In this document: piece after piece, positions 1 through 10,260 of the stretch
How the letters are laid out: the number at the start of each line of letters is the position of its first letter
Position numbering within the stretch: position 1 is the stretch's first letter
Translations under genes and position numbers: made by a program
Assembly: GCA_963754315.1 (NCBI GenBank)
Contig: CAVWFS010000008.1
Coordinates: forward strand, 288,001 to 352,000
DNA length: 64,000 bases
Direction of reading: 5' to 3'
Source: an uncultured Candidatus Rokubacteria bacterium
GTDB lineage: Bacteria; Methylomirabilota; Methylomirabilia; Rokubacteriales; CSP1-6
The notes under the pieces: generated by a model
Told to the model about the DNA's origin: nothing
Databases searched by the model: none
Seen by the model: the letters and a program-made list of their open reading frames with translations, nothing else

Positions 1-239
1 GGACTTCGGCGGCGTGCCCGTGCGGCGTCGCGACCCCGAGGATCTGATCATCTACAAAGCCGTGGCGTGGGGCCGTGACGGGCCGATATGAGCGTCTGCT
101 CGTACTGCAGAGACTCAGGTTGATCTACGTCGCGTTCGAGACCTCGTGCGTGAATCGCCAGGCCCTCGACGAGCCCCGGCGGGTCGAGGAGTTCGAAGCC
201 CTTGTGGTTCGCGCGCTCGGCATTGACCGTCAAAAGTAG
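1..239 (+). CDS. 3' part of a nucleotidyltransferase-like protein (truncated by the window edge, frameshifted)
   Basis: Reads ...PEDLIIYKAVAW..., the 'EDLIIxK' pattern of small nucleotidyltransferases. Ends EFEALVVRALGIDRQK-TAG (237-239) after frame changes. Confidence 0.45.
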
Positions 240-257
240 CCGTGAGCCCGAGCGCCG

Positions 258-294
258 TCATCAGGCGAGCGCCATCACGGCGCTCACCTGATGA
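258..294. terminator. 16-bp hairpin between convergent genes
   Basis: TCATCAGGCGAGCGCC (258-273) / GGCGCTCACCTGATGA (279-294). The single mismatch becomes a G-U pair on the minus strand. No U-tract. Confidence 0.5.
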
Positions 295-375
295 TCTCGT
301 CTGCGCGATCAGCAGGGAGCGATCTAGGGTGGCGGGTCTCGTGAACGGCAGCGCGGAACGACTGTGAAGAGGCGA

Positions 376-1494
376 TCAGGCGCTGGCGGCCGACGACGTC
401 CAGGGGATCGTGCGCTTGCGCAGTTCGTCCTCGTCGAGCTCCAGGCCCAGTCCGGGCGCGTCGGAGAGGACGAACTTGCCCTGTACGGGGCGAACCGGAG
501 TCTTGAACACCACGTCCTGGATCTCGCGGGGACCGTTGTACTCCGCCGGGTGGTGGGAGTGGGTGAGCGAGGCCACGAAGTGCAGGTTGGCGGTGTGGCC
601 GATCGAGGGCTGCGTCTGATGGGGCACGAGATCGACGCCGTAGGCGCGCGCGAGGGCCGCCATGTCACCGAGACCCGTGAAGCCGCCCGTCTTCACGATG
701 TCGGGCTGGACGATGTCCACGCCCGCCTCGATGAGTCGCTTGATCCCCTGCAGCGTGTATTCTTGCTCACCGGCCGAGACAGCGATGTCGAGGGCAGCCG
801 CTACCTTGGCGAAGCTCTCCACGTGGTAATGCTGCACGGGCTCCTCGAACCACACGTAACCCAGCTCCTCCAGCGCGCGGCCGACGCGAATGGCGCCCTG
901 GACTGAATAGCCGTTGTTGGAGTCGAAGGCGAGCGGGAAGTCGTCGCCCACCAGTTTGCGTACGGCCCGGGCCTTGGCGATATCGCCGGCGAGGTCCACG
1001 TCGCGCGCGGTCTTGTCGGCGTCGAAGCGGATCTTGACCTGGGCCGGGCCCAACGGGAGCCACTGCTCGACCACGCGACAGACTTCGTCCACGGTGCGCT
1101 GGCCGTTGCCCCCGATCGAGGCGTAAAAGGGAAGCTCGCGCCGCCAGGCTCCGCCCAGGAGCTGCCACACCGGCTGGCCCAGGAGCTTGCCCTTCAGATC
1201 CCACAGGGCGATGTCGATGGCGGCCAGCGCTCCTGCATACGCGCCCTCCGGGCCGAGCTTGATGTGCTGGTGAAACAGCCGGTCCTGGATCACGCGCGCC
1301 TGCAGGGGATCGGCGCCGAGCAGCATCGGCGTGAAGGCGCTGGCGATGATTTCAAGCGAGGCGTTGCCGTGCACCATGGGGCTGGCCTCGCCGAGACCGT
1401 AGGCACCGTCGTCGGTCCATACCCGCACCCAGGCGCTGCGGGTCCGTGCCCCGCCCCAGTCCACGTGGAATGCCTCGACCCGCGCGATCTTCAC
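376..1494 (-). CDS. Mandelate racemase/muconate lactonizing enzyme family protein
   Basis: IDIALWDLKGK, KxR, DSN, WFEEP and GEQE metal-ligand motifs; QPDI. Confidence 0.93.
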   Translation of the reverse strand: MKIARVEAFHVDWGGARTRSAWVRVWTDDGAYGLGEASPMVHGNASLEIIASAFTPMLLGADPLQARVIQDRLFHQHIKLGPEGAYAGALAAIDIALWDLKGKLLGQPVWQLLGGAWRRELPFYASIGGNGQRTVDEVCRVVEQWLPLGPAQVKIRFDADKTARDVDLAGDIAKARAVRKLVGDDFPLAFDSNNGYSVQGAIRVGRALEELGYVWFEEPVQHYHVESFAKVAAALDIAVSAGEQEYTLQGIKRLIEAGVDIVQPDIVKTGGFTGLGDMAALARAYGVDLVPHQTQPSIGHTANLHFVASLTHSHHPAEYNGPREIQDVVFKTPVRPVQGKFVLSDAPGLGLELDEDELRKRTIPWTSSAASA

Positions 1495-1495
1495 G

Positions 1496-2263
1496 TCAGC
1501 GGCCCTTGCGGGCGATGAAGTCCGGGAAGGCCGCCTCGGCCTTGGCGCCCCTCATCACGTTGGTGGTGTAGTCACGCTCGTTCGACCACTGCTCTTCCAG
1601 GTTGGCCCCGAGGTCCTGAAGCAACAAAGCCTTGACCCCCGTCACCGCTTCCCGACGATTCTTGGCGATCATGGTGGCCAGCCACATGGTCTTCTCGCGG
1701 AGCTGATCGCAGGGGACCAGGTGATTGAGAAGGCCGATACGATGGGCCTCCTCCGCCTCCACGATGCGGCCGGAGAAGAGCAGCTCCTTGGCGATGGGCC
1801 AACCGACCTGGTTCGGCAAGGTCCACGTGCTGTTGATCCGACCGTAGGCCGCGGCCAGAAACCGAAAGCTGGCATGCTCGCACCCGATCCGCATGTCGAG
1901 TGACGAGGCCAGCACCCCGGCTCCCCCGTAGGCCAGACCGTTGATCATCCCGATCGTTGGCTTGGGGCAGGCGCTGATCTCGTAGCTGCCGCGCGCGCGG
2001 ATGGCGGCGCGGGAGTCCAGCTCGGCCTGGGAAAGCTTGCGATCGTCCTCGCGCTGCTCGTGGATATCGCCTCCCGCCGAAAACGCACGGTTGCCGGCCC
2101 CGGTGATGACGATGCATCCGACCTCATCGTCGACGCTCATGCGGGTGACGGCATCGTGCAGCTCGGCGCTGAGCTGATAGTTCATGGCATTGAGCTGCTC
2201 GGGGCGGTTCATGGTGAGAATCGCGACGCCCTGCGTTTTCTCGGCGAGCACATAGTCCGCCAT
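1496..2263 (-). CDS. Enoyl-CoA hydratase/isomerase family protein
   Basis: NRPEQLNA, AFSAGGDI and AYGGA motifs. ATG 2263 is preceded by GGAGGAGG. Confidence 0.92.
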   Translation of the reverse strand: MADYVLAEKTQGVAILTMNRPEQLNAMNYQLSAELHDAVTRMSVDDEVGCIVITGAGNRAFSAGGDIHEQREDDRKLSQAELDSRAAIRARGSYEISACPKPTIGMINGLAYGGAGVLASSLDMRIGCEHASFRFLAAAYGRINSTWTLPNQVGWPIAKELLFSGRIVEAEEAHRIGLLNHLVPCDQLREKTMWLATMIAKNRREAVTGVKALLLQDLGANLEEQWSNERDYTTNVMRGAKAEAAFPDFIARKGR

Positions 2264-2348
2264 CCAATCCTCCTCCTGCGTAAATCCACGTGCTGAGTCC
2301 GGCCGGCGATCCGCGGCGGGGGGTGCTTCGCGCGACTCGGAAGCGCTT

Positions 2349-3668
2349 CTACCGGCCGGCGCCCTGTCCACTCGACGCGATGAGCCGCTCCCTCGCTCCC
2401 TCTACCCATGGGACGTCCTTCGGGAGGAGCACGGAGGCGGGGCGAACGCGATAGGTGGCGGGATCGAGTCCCGGCGGCATCGTGCGCTGGGTCCTGAGGG
2501 CGAGAGCCGCGTCCAGCAGTCGCTTGCGCACCCGGATGATGCCGAGATCCGCCCGCCCCAGGCGCTCCAGCGAGCGGTCATAGCTGGCCTGACTCTCGGT
2601 GATGGCCTTGTCCTGCGCACCCACGCCGGGCACGCCGAAGAACTTCCGGGTCCGCTGGGCCTCCCAGTCGGCGAGATAGTCGTTGGGGCGGTTGGCGCGC
2701 GGCCGGATGTCGCCGTAGGCCTCGTTGGTCGGCGGCGCGTACTCGGTGACGTGGATACTGGAGCCCGCGTGGAATTGCGCCCGCTCGTCCGCGGTGATGG
2801 CGCGCGTCGGGTGCCACGAGACGCACCAGTTTACGAGATGGTCGTCATCGACGGGAACCCACACGTGGGTATGGAAGAGAGGATCGCTTCCGACCTCGGA
2901 GGGCGGCATCGTGTGGAATGGGAGCAGGTACTGGGTGATTCGCCAGTAGTACTGGCCCGCCGGCGCCTCGCGCCGGGCTCCGATCAGTAACCCGGTCTCG
3001 GTATCGGCGACCTCGATGTGAGGGGCTCGCTCGAGCTGGGCCGTGAATGCGAAGCCCGCCGCCGCGTGCTCGAGGGCGCGCCGTCCCTCGTCGTCCCGCA
3101 CGTCCAGGATGCCGTGCAGGAACGAGATATGCGCGGGATCGACGCCGCCTTCGAGCGCCTGGAGATAGTTGCACTCCTGCCAGAACTTCGAGACGAACCG
3201 CTGCGCCTCCGGCACCAGCGCCCACTCGAGGTCGGGCAGCCCGGGCGGCGGGCTGGCCGGTCCCATGTAGGTCCAGACCACGCCCCCGCGCTCGGCGCAC
3301 GGGTAGGCGGGCAGAGTGACCTTGTCCTGGAAATTGCTCTCGGGCCGCTCGTTCGGCATGTCCACGCAGCGGCCGTCCGCCTCGTACTGCCAGCCGTGGT
3401 ACACGCAGCGGAGCCCCCGCTCCTCGTTGCGCGCAAAGTACAGGGAGGCGCGGCGATGGGCGCAGAACTCGGCGAGGACTCCAACCCGCCCACTGGGGGT
3501 GCGGAAGGTCACGAGCTCTTCGCCGAGAATCCTGACACGCTTGGGGCGCCCGCCCGCCGCGATCTCCGAGGACTGCACCACGGGGATCCAGTACTGCCGC
3601 ATCAGATCGCCCATGAGCGTGCCGGGGCCTACTCTCGTCAGCTCCGTGTTCTCTTGTGCGGTCAGCAT
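2349..3668 (-). CDS. Rieske non-heme iron oxygenase alpha subunit (phthalate 4,5-dioxygenase-like)
   Basis: Rieske CAH...CVYH, mononuclear Fe DPAHISFLH, and N-terminal 'ENTELTRVGPGT'. Alternative start at 3698. Confidence 0.9.
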   Translation of the reverse strand: MLTAQENTELTRVGPGTLMGDLMRQYWIPVVQSSEIAAGGRPKRVRILGEELVTFRTPSGRVGVLAEFCAHRRASLYFARNEERGLRCVYHGWQYEADGRCVDMPNERPESNFQDKVTLPAYPCAERGGVVWTYMGPASPPPGLPDLEWALVPEAQRFVSKFWQECNYLQALEGGVDPAHISFLHGILDVRDDEGRRALEHAAAGFAFTAQLERAPHIEVADTETGLLIGARREAPAGQYYWRITQYLLPFHTMPPSEVGSDPLFHTHVWVPVDDDHLVNWCVSWHPTRAITADERAQFHAGSSIHVTEYAPPTNEAYGDIRPRANRPNDYLADWEAQRTRKFFGVPGVGAQDKAITESQASYDRSLERLGRADLGIIRVRKRLLDAALALRTQRTMPPGLDPATYRVRPASVLLPKDVPWVEGARERLIASSGQGAGR

Positions 3669-3795
3669 TGCCGGTCCCTCCGTCGGCATGCCGGACATGG
3701 CCGTGTCAAACTCGGTCTGGTGCGCCTACCGTAGCTGCACGGGGCGACCGACGTCAATGGCCGTGCACGCCGGACGATGGACACGGGGCGCGTGC

Positions 3796-4449
3796 TCATG
3801 TCGTCCGGGCAGAAGCCGTCCGCAACCGCTCCCGCAGGCGCGCTCGCAGCCCCTCCACGATGGCTGGCGGCGCCTTCTCCGGTGAGCCGGCATCGAAGGG
3901 CGGTTGAGGATCGTATTCGATGCCGAGCTGGATCATCTGCGCCACCTCGGCCCCGGCGATGCGGGCGGCGAGCATCAGCGCCATGTCGATCCCCGACGAC
4001 ACGCCAGCTGCGGTGACGATCTTGCCCTGCTCGACGACCCGCCGGGCGGTGGGCTTGGCGCCCAGCCCGCGAAGCTCATCCATCACCGTCCAATGCGTGG
4101 TGGCTTCGAGGCCACGCAGCAGGCCCGCCGCGCCGAGGAGCAGCGAGCCGGTGCACACGGACGTGGTCCACTGGGTCGTCTCGTGGGCGGTGCGGATCCA
4201 GTCGAGCAGGGGATTCGGCGTCATGAGGGCCCGGGTGCCGAAGCCCCCCGGGACCATGATTATCTCCGGGTGCGGCACCGCCGAGAGGGGCTCATCAGCC
4301 ACAAGGGCTAGGTGCTTGTCCGTCCGCTTGGGTCCCGGCTCGACGGCCACGAAGCGCACGCGTGCCCCGGGCAGACGCGAGAGCACCTCGTAGGGGCCGA
4401 TGGCGTCCAGGGCAGTGATGCCGTCGAACAGCGGAATGGCGATGTCCAT
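3796..4449 (-). CDS. DJ-1/PfpI family protein (isonitrile hydratase-like)
   Basis: LDAIGPYEV, VPGG, SVCTG, GVSSGIDMAL and EYDPQPPFDAG motifs. Confidence 0.92.
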   Translation of the reverse strand: MDIAIPLFDGITALDAIGPYEVLSRLPGARVRFVAVEPGPKRTDKHLALVADEPLSAVPHPEIIMVPGGFGTRALMTPNPLLDWIRTAHETTQWTTSVCTGSLLLGAAGLLRGLEATTHWTVMDELRGLGAKPTARRVVEQGKIVTAAGVSSGIDMALMLAARIAGAEVAQMIQLGIEYDPQPPFDAGSPEKAPPAIVEGLRARLRERLRTASARTT

Positions 4450-4553
4450 GGAGGCTCCTCCTTGCTTGGCCAGCAGTTGAGTGTGCGCGGATCCCGGGAG
4501 GGCGTCAATGGACGCGTCGCCGCGCCTCGGGGCGCTACAGGCGAATGACGGGC

Positions 4554-4581
4554 TGACATATAAATGTCACGGTGATATGCT
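4554..4581 (+). promoter_or_regulatory. vapBC operator palindrome and extended -10
   Basis: TGACAT-ATAA-ATGTCA (4554-4569), then TGa-TATGCT (4573-4581) 7 nt before ATG 4589. Confidence 0.6.
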
Positions 4582-4588
4582 TTGATGT

Positions 4589-4841
4589 ATGCGGACGACT
4601 GTTCGGCTTGACGACGAGCTGTTCCGGCGGACCAAGGCCCTGGCCGCCCAGACGGGTCGGACCCTCACTGCCGTGATCGAGGACGCCCTCCGGGAGGCGC
4701 TCGCGCGCCAGCGGGGATCGCACGGACGTCGGCAGGTAAGCGTTGCCGACGTTCAAGGGAAGAGGCCTCCAGCCTGGTATCGACCTCGACGACTCCGCGG
4801 GGCTACTCGAAGTCATGGATGCCGGGCGTGATCCTTCCTGA
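4589..4841 (+). CDS. vapB: VapB-type RHH antitoxin (frameshift near 4740)
   Basis: MRTTVRLDDEL...TLTAVIEDALRE; the typical tail LPTF..GLQPGIDLDDSAGLLEVM lies in another frame. Confidence 0.8.
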
Positions 4842-5256
4842 CGTCAACGTGCTCGTGTATGCGTACAGGGAGGATGCGCCGAGGCACGAGCGCTATCGGC
4901 ACTGGCTGGAAAGCGTGCTCGCTGGTCAGGAAGCCTACGGTCTCGCGGATCTGGTCCTCGCGGGCTTCCTGCGTGTCGTGACACATCCGCGTGTGTTCTC
5001 CCCGCCCAGCCCAACCGCGAACGCACTCGAGTTCGCCGAGGTCTTGCGCAGTCAACGGAACTGCGTCCCCATCGCACCCGGGCAGCGTCACTGGGACATC
5101 TTCACGGGGCTCTGTCGTGCGGCGGCTGTTCGCGGTAACCTCATCCCCGACGCCTACCTGGCCGCATTGGCGATCGAATCGGGGAGTGAGTGGATGACGA
5201 CGGATCGAGACTACAGCCGCTTTCCGGGCCTGCGCTGGCGGGATCCCGGCGCCTGA
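4828..5256 (+). CDS. vapC: VapC PIN-domain toxin
   Basis: ILPDVNVLVYA, GNLIPDAYLAALAIE and TTDRDY..FPGL motifs. Confidence 0.93.
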   Translation: MILPDVNVLVYAYREDAPRHERYRHWLESVLAGQEAYGLADLVLAGFLRVVTHPRVFSPPSPTANALEFAEVLRSQRNCVPIAPGQRHWDIFTGLCRAAAVRGNLIPDAYLAALAIESGSEWMTTDRDYSRFPGLRWRDPGA

Positions 5257-5269
5257 GGAGCCACCCACC

Positions 5270-6043
5270 GTGATCCGCGTCTACGCCCTGTGCACCGGCT
5301 ACATCGAACTGGATCGTGCCAGCATGGTCTCCGACCTGGCGGCAGGTCAGCCTTGGACCGTCCCCGTCTTGAGCTTTCTCGTGGATCATCCGCGCGGGAA
5401 GCTCCTCTTCGACACGGGCGTGCACTGCCAGGCTCGCGTCGATCCGGTGGGGCGGCTTGGCCCCGAGCGGGTCAAGCGCTTGACCGTCAAGTCTCAGGCC
5501 GGCGACGACGTGGTCCCGCAGCTGGCTCGGCTTGGCCTCACTCCCCCTGACGTGCGCTACGTGGCCAACTCGCACCTGCACTTCGACCATTGCGGCGGGA
5601 ACGAATTCTTCCCGCAGGCGACCTTCCTCGTGCAGCGTCCAGAGCTCGAGTCGGCCAGGCGTCCTGGCTTCGTCCCCAGCTACAGCCCGAGCCCGATCGA
5701 CTTTGATCACCCGCTCGAGTACCAGATGATCGACGGCGAGCATGACGTCTTCGGTGACGGCACCGTCCTTCTCCTCCCGACGTACGGCCACACGCCGGGG
5801 CACCAGTCGCTCCTGGTCCGGGCCGGCAAGGGCGCGTCGATCGTGTGCGCGTCGGATGCCTGCTACACCCGCGAGAACATGGACCGCGACGTGCTGCCGA
5901 AGATCTTGTGGGACGAGTCGGTCATGCGCGACTCACTGGCCACCCTCCGCAAGCTGCGCGACCAGGCCGGCGCCACCATGTTCTATGGCCACGACCCCGC
6001 CCAGTGGGACGCCATGCCGCACGCGCCGGCCCCCGTCGTCTGA
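5270..6043 (+). CDS. N-acyl-homoserine lactonase-like metallo-beta-lactamase
   Basis: SHLHFDHCGG, GHTPGHQS and GHD motifs. Confidence 0.88.
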   Translation: MIRVYALCTGYIELDRASMVSDLAAGQPWTVPVLSFLVDHPRGKLLFDTGVHCQARVDPVGRLGPERVKRLTVKSQAGDDVVPQLARLGLTPPDVRYVANSHLHFDHCGGNEFFPQATFLVQRPELESARRPGFVPSYSPSPIDFDHPLEYQMIDGEHDVFGDGTVLLLPTYGHTPGHQSLLVRAGKGASIVCASDACYTRENMDRDVLPKILWDESVMRDSLATLRKLRDQAGATMFYGHDPAQWDAMPHAPAPVV

Positions 6044-6052
6044 GAATAGCCC

Positions 6053-7246
6053 TCAGATCGCGCCGTCCTCCGCGAGCGCGGTGATGTCCGCGTCGCTATA
6101 GCCGAGCTGAGAGAGAACCTGGTGGCGATGTTGCCCGAGCAAGGGTGACGGCCCAATCGTGGTCGGCGAGGCGGAAAGCTTGATGGGATTGCCGACGGTG
6201 ACGTAGCGGCCCCGCACCGGGTGCTGGACCTCGACAATCATCTCACGCGCTTGCAGATGGGGGTCGGTGAGGACCTCCCCGGTATCGAGGCAGGCCCCGC
6301 AGGGCACGCCGGCTCCGGCCAGGATCTTCATGACGTCGTGCTTCGTGCGCTGGGACGTCCACCCCTCCACGAGGGCATCGACTTCGTCCTTGTGCTGCCA
6401 GCGCGCCTCTGCCGTCTCGTAGCGCGGATTGCCGATGAGATCCTCGCGCTCGATGGCACGCAGGAGCGGGTGCCACATCTGCTGCTGCGCGAAGATGAAG
6501 GCGTAGTCGTTGGGGCCACCGGGATGGCAACGGTAGGTCGTCCCCGGCACCCCGGCTCCGAGCTGGTTGCCCGTGCGCCCCATCGGCTTGCCCAGACGCT
6601 GATGGTCCCGCAGGCTCACTCGGATGAGGTTCACCACGGTGTCCTGCATCGACACTTCGACTTGCTGCCCCTCGCCGGTGGCGTGGCGCTGCATGAGGGC
6701 GGCCAGGATCCCGATCACGCAGTGCATGCCGGTGCCAGAATCGCCGATGGACGGCCAGAGATACGTGGGCGGACCCTCGGGGAAGCCGGTGACGCTCATG
6801 GCCCCGCCCATGGCCTGGGCGATCGGCTCGTAGCTCTTGTAGTCGCTGTACGGACCATACGAACCGAAGCCCTTGATGCTCGCGTACACCAGCCGCGGAT
6901 TGAGTCGGTGCACCGTGGGATAGTCGAAGCCCAGACGGTGGAGCACACCGGGCCCGAAATTCTCCAGGAGCACATCCGCCGTCTTGAGCAGCGCGCCGAA
7001 AACCTCCTTGCCGCGCGGCCTCTTCAGATTGAGGGTCAGGCTCCGCTTGTTGGCGTTGAAGGAGAGAAAGAAAAGGCTGTCGGTGTCGGGGCGATCCTTC
7101 AACGTATGGCGTGCGGCATCGCCCTTATCAGGTTCTTCGACCTTGATCACGTCCGCCCCCAGCCAGGCCAGCATCTGGCCGCAGGAGGGACCGGCCTGGT
7201 TATTGGTGAGATCGACAACCCGGATACCCGTCAGCGCCTCGCCCAT
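6053..7246 (-). CDS. CaiB/BaiF family III CoA-transferase (formyl-CoA transferase-like)
   Basis: QAGPSCGQMLAWLGADVIKVE, NANKRS, ENFGPG and GDSGTG motifs. Confidence 0.92.
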   Translation of the reverse strand: MGEALTGIRVVDLTNNQAGPSCGQMLAWLGADVIKVEEPDKGDAARHTLKDRPDTDSLFFLSFNANKRSLTLNLKRPRGKEVFGALLKTADVLLENFGPGVLHRLGFDYPTVHRLNPRLVYASIKGFGSYGPYSDYKSYEPIAQAMGGAMSVTGFPEGPPTYLWPSIGDSGTGMHCVIGILAALMQRHATGEGQQVEVSMQDTVVNLIRVSLRDHQRLGKPMGRTGNQLGAGVPGTTYRCHPGGPNDYAFIFAQQQMWHPLLRAIEREDLIGNPRYETAEARWQHKDEVDALVEGWTSQRTKHDVMKILAGAGVPCGACLDTGEVLTDPHLQAREMIVEVQHPVRGRYVTVGNPIKLSASPTTIGPSPLLGQHRHQVLSQLGYSDADITALAEDGAI

Positions 7247-7355
7247 CGTTCAGGACCTCCTCGCTGCCAGCATTCTACGTCGGCCCACATCGATCCTGAC
7301 TTCGGGGCGCGTCGGGTCTAGAATCGGGACAGACTACGCCAGGGAGGCCGCCGCC

Positions 7356-8238
7356 ATGCCCGTGATGACTCGCCAGATCGGTCCCTGCTTCGCCGCCGAA
7401 GTGGACGGCGTCAACCTGACCAAGCCACTCTCCTCGGACGAGGTGTCGGCGATTCATGCCGGCATGGACCGGTTCGCCGTGCTGGTCTTCCATGATCAGC
7501 CCCTCGATGATGCGCAGCAGCTCGCCTTCACTGGAAGTCTGGGCGAGATCGAGCACGCGGTTGGGACGAGCCTGCGGGCGCCCGATCAACTACGCTTGCC
7601 CACCACCTTTGCCGACGTGTCCAATCTCGACAAGGACAACAAGACCTTCGCCCGAGACGACCGTCGGCGGCTGTTCGGCATCGGGAACCGCCTCTGGCAC
7701 TCCGACAGCTCCTTCAAGGCGGTCCCGGCCAAGTATTCGCTCCTGCACGCGCGCAGCATCCCCTCCAAGGGCGGCAACACCGAGTTCGCCTACATGGTGG
7801 CCGCCTACGATGCCCTCGACCCCGAGACCAAGATCGAGGTGGCAGGGCTGATCTGCGAGCATTCCCAGATTTTCTCCCGCCAGCAGCTCGGCTTCACCGA
7901 CTTCACCGACGAGGAGCGGGAACGCTTCAAGCCGGTGCGCCAGAGCCTGGTACGGACGCACCCGGCGACTGGCCGCAAGTCGCTCTACCTGTCCTCGCAC
8001 GCCGGTGCCATCTCTGGGCTGGCCGGTGCCGGAGGCACGGGCCTTCCTGCGGGATCTGGTCGAGCACGCCACGCAGCCGCAGTTCGTCTACGCGCACAAA
8101 TGGCGAGTCGGCGATCTCGTGATGTGGGACAACCGGCAGACGATGCATCGGGCCCGTCCGTTTCCGGCTCACGAGCCGCGCGACATGCGACGCACCACGC
8201 TCGTTGGTGACGGACCGACCGCCGCCCAGGCGGCGTGA
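7356..8238 (+). CDS. TauD/TfdA family 2OG-Fe(II) dioxygenase (frameshift near 8010)
   Basis: GNRLWHSDSSF, then WDNRQTMHRA...DMRRTT in the next frame. Confidence 0.9.
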
Positions 8239-8241
8239 GGC

Positions 8242-8273
8242 CCGGGAGGGGGGCCGTTCAGCCCCCCTCCCGG
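8242..8273. terminator. Perfect 13-bp hairpin between convergent genes
   Basis: CCGGGAGGGGGGC-CGTTCA-GCCCCCCTCCCGG. Confidence 0.65.
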
Positions 8274-8283
8274 CGTTCAGACG

Positions 8284-9990
8284 TTACTTCCCTTCGAGGG
8301 CGGCGAACGGCGCGTAGTCAGCCGTCGAGCCGTGAGCTCCCGCAAACCGGGAGGGTGAGATGCCGGCCTTTCGCACGCCGGCGACGAGGGCAGCCTGGTT
8401 CTCGTTGAGCTTCTCGAGTGGAGGCCCGGCGCCGGGGCTCCAGATGTCGGTGACGAAGCCGAGGCGCTCCGCCGGGAGGTAGCCGATCAGCGTGCTGGCG
8501 GCGTGGGGGTTCTCGATCACGTAGACCTCGACCTGGCGAGTGCCGTCCGAGAGCACGCGCTTGTCCGTCACCTCGATGATCTCGGTCTTGCTCAGGTCCT
8601 TCGACGGCACGTCGGGGTTGCGCGTGAAGGGCGCGGCCAGAATGCGACGATAGTGATCACCGGCGCCCTTGCCAACCACGAGGGTGGCGCCCTGCGCGAC
8701 GTAGGCGCGCAGCCCGCCGATATGATCCATGTGGTGGTGGTTGAGCACGAGATACCTCACGGGCTTGTTCGGGTACTTGGCGCGGAGGGCGTTCAGGGTC
8801 CAGTTCGACTGCCAGTCGCTCACGGGAGCATCGAACACAATCAAATGATCGCGCATTTCCACGACCATACTGTGATGGGTGCCGCCGGTCTGGTGCTGCA
8901 CGCCGGGGGCCAGCTCCACCAACTGGAGCCCCTTCGACGCGCGCGTGTCGTAGCTGGGCACGTCGGAATCCAGGTAGGTGCCGATGAACTGTCGGCGGAT
9001 GATCCACTGATAGGGCATGGGGCCGGTGGGCGGCTTGGGGGCATCCGTCAAGAAGGCGGCGGGAATCCCGAACCGCTCGGCGGCCACGGGCGCGTTCATC
9101 TTGGCCTCAGTGACCTTGACCTCGGTGACGGTGCGGCCGTTCAGCTCGTATTTGCGGTCGGTGGCCACCCGTACGCCGTCGAACGTCTTCCAGTCAGCAA
9201 GAACCAGGTCGTAGGTCACGTCGCCCCAGACGCTGTCGTAGTCGTAGGTCCGGATGCGCGCCGGCAGTCCCGTGGTGGGATCGAACATGACCCGCAGCGC
9301 GGCCGGCACGATCACCGGCGGAGGCGGGCACGTGCTGATGAAGTTTGACCCGAGCGGGGGCAGATAGGCTCCTTGACACCATGGTTGGCCCACCTGCACG
9401 GTTGCCACCGGGGTTGGGGCCGGGCCAATCCGGTACTCGACGGTGCGATACGAGACGCCGCCTGCCGTCTCGTTCGGCACGTTGTAGACGGCCGCGGGGT
9501 TGCGGTACATGTCGAGCAGGAGCAGGGCGGAGGCACGCTGCAGCTCGCGCTGGGTGGCGGCCAGCCGCAGTCCCGACATCGTATGGGCAGGCGGGTTCGA
9601 ATCGAGGCTCTGCCGGGTCCGTCCGTTGCTGTCGATACCGGACACGTACCCGACATTGGTGGTGACGACCTCGGTGAACGTGAACGTGCGCGGCGCCGGG
9701 TAGGCGAATTTGCGCACCCAGTCGGTCCGCGTGAAGTTGCTGTTCACGTCGATGAACGATTCGAACGTCGCGTCATTGGCGAGGCGCATCTCCCCGCCGG
9801 GGATCACCGACTGTTCGGGTTCCCATTGGCGGGCCGTGCCCTTGATCCATACGGTCCTGATGCCGCGCAGGACCTCCGGCCCGCCGAGGGCATGGACGGC
9901 TCGGACCACCGGGTCCTCGGCGGTTTTCGGCGCCGTCGAGCACGACACCATGAACAGGGACACCGTGAGTAACAATGCAATACGCTTCAT
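8284..9990 (-). CDS. Lipoprotein with C-terminal metallo-beta-lactamase fold
   Basis: Signal peptide with lipobox (MVSC), NHHHMDH motif and C-terminal AHG. Confidence 0.8.
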   Translation of the reverse strand: MKRIALLLTVSLFMVSCSTAPKTAEDPVVRAVHALGGPEVLRGIRTVWIKGTARQWEPEQSVIPGGEMRLANDATFESFIDVNSNFTRTDWVRKFAYPAPRTFTFTEVVTTNVGYVSGIDSNGRTRQSLDSNPPAHTMSGLRLAATQRELQRASALLLLDMYRNPAAVYNVPNETAGGVSYRTVEYRIGPAPTPVATVQVGQPWCQGAYLPPLGSNFISTCPPPPVIVPAALRVMFDPTTGLPARIRTYDYDSVWGDVTYDLVLADWKTFDGVRVATDRKYELNGRTVTEVKVTEAKMNAPVAAERFGIPAAFLTDAPKPPTGPMPYQWIIRRQFIGTYLDSDVPSYDTRASKGLQLVELAPGVQHQTGGTHHSMVVEMRDHLIVFDAPVSDWQSNWTLNALRAKYPNKPVRYLVLNHHHMDHIGGLRAYVAQGATLVVGKGAGDHYRRILAAPFTRNPDVPSKDLSKTEIIEVTDKRVLSDGTRQVEVYVIENPHAASTLIGYLPAERLGFVTDIWSPGAGPPLEKLNENQAALVAGVRKAGISPSRFAGAHGSTADYAPFAALEGK

Positions 9991-10260
9991 AATTCCTCCC
10001 ATTCCCCGATAGATTGAGCCGCGGACACCGTACTACCAGCCGAGATCGTATCAAGCGGCGCGGTGCGATCCGTGCCGCGATCCTGGCGATAACAACCGCC
10101 GTGCGACGATTGTTCCCCGACAACGCGCGCGGAGCCTGCCGAGTGCTGAGCCCCCACGGCACTATGGTAGCCGGATTCATGCGTGAAATGGAGAACTTCC
10201 GCCAGTCCGAGATCACGGGGGTGGCCAGGGTCCCTTCGATCACGCGTGCCTGGACGCCGG

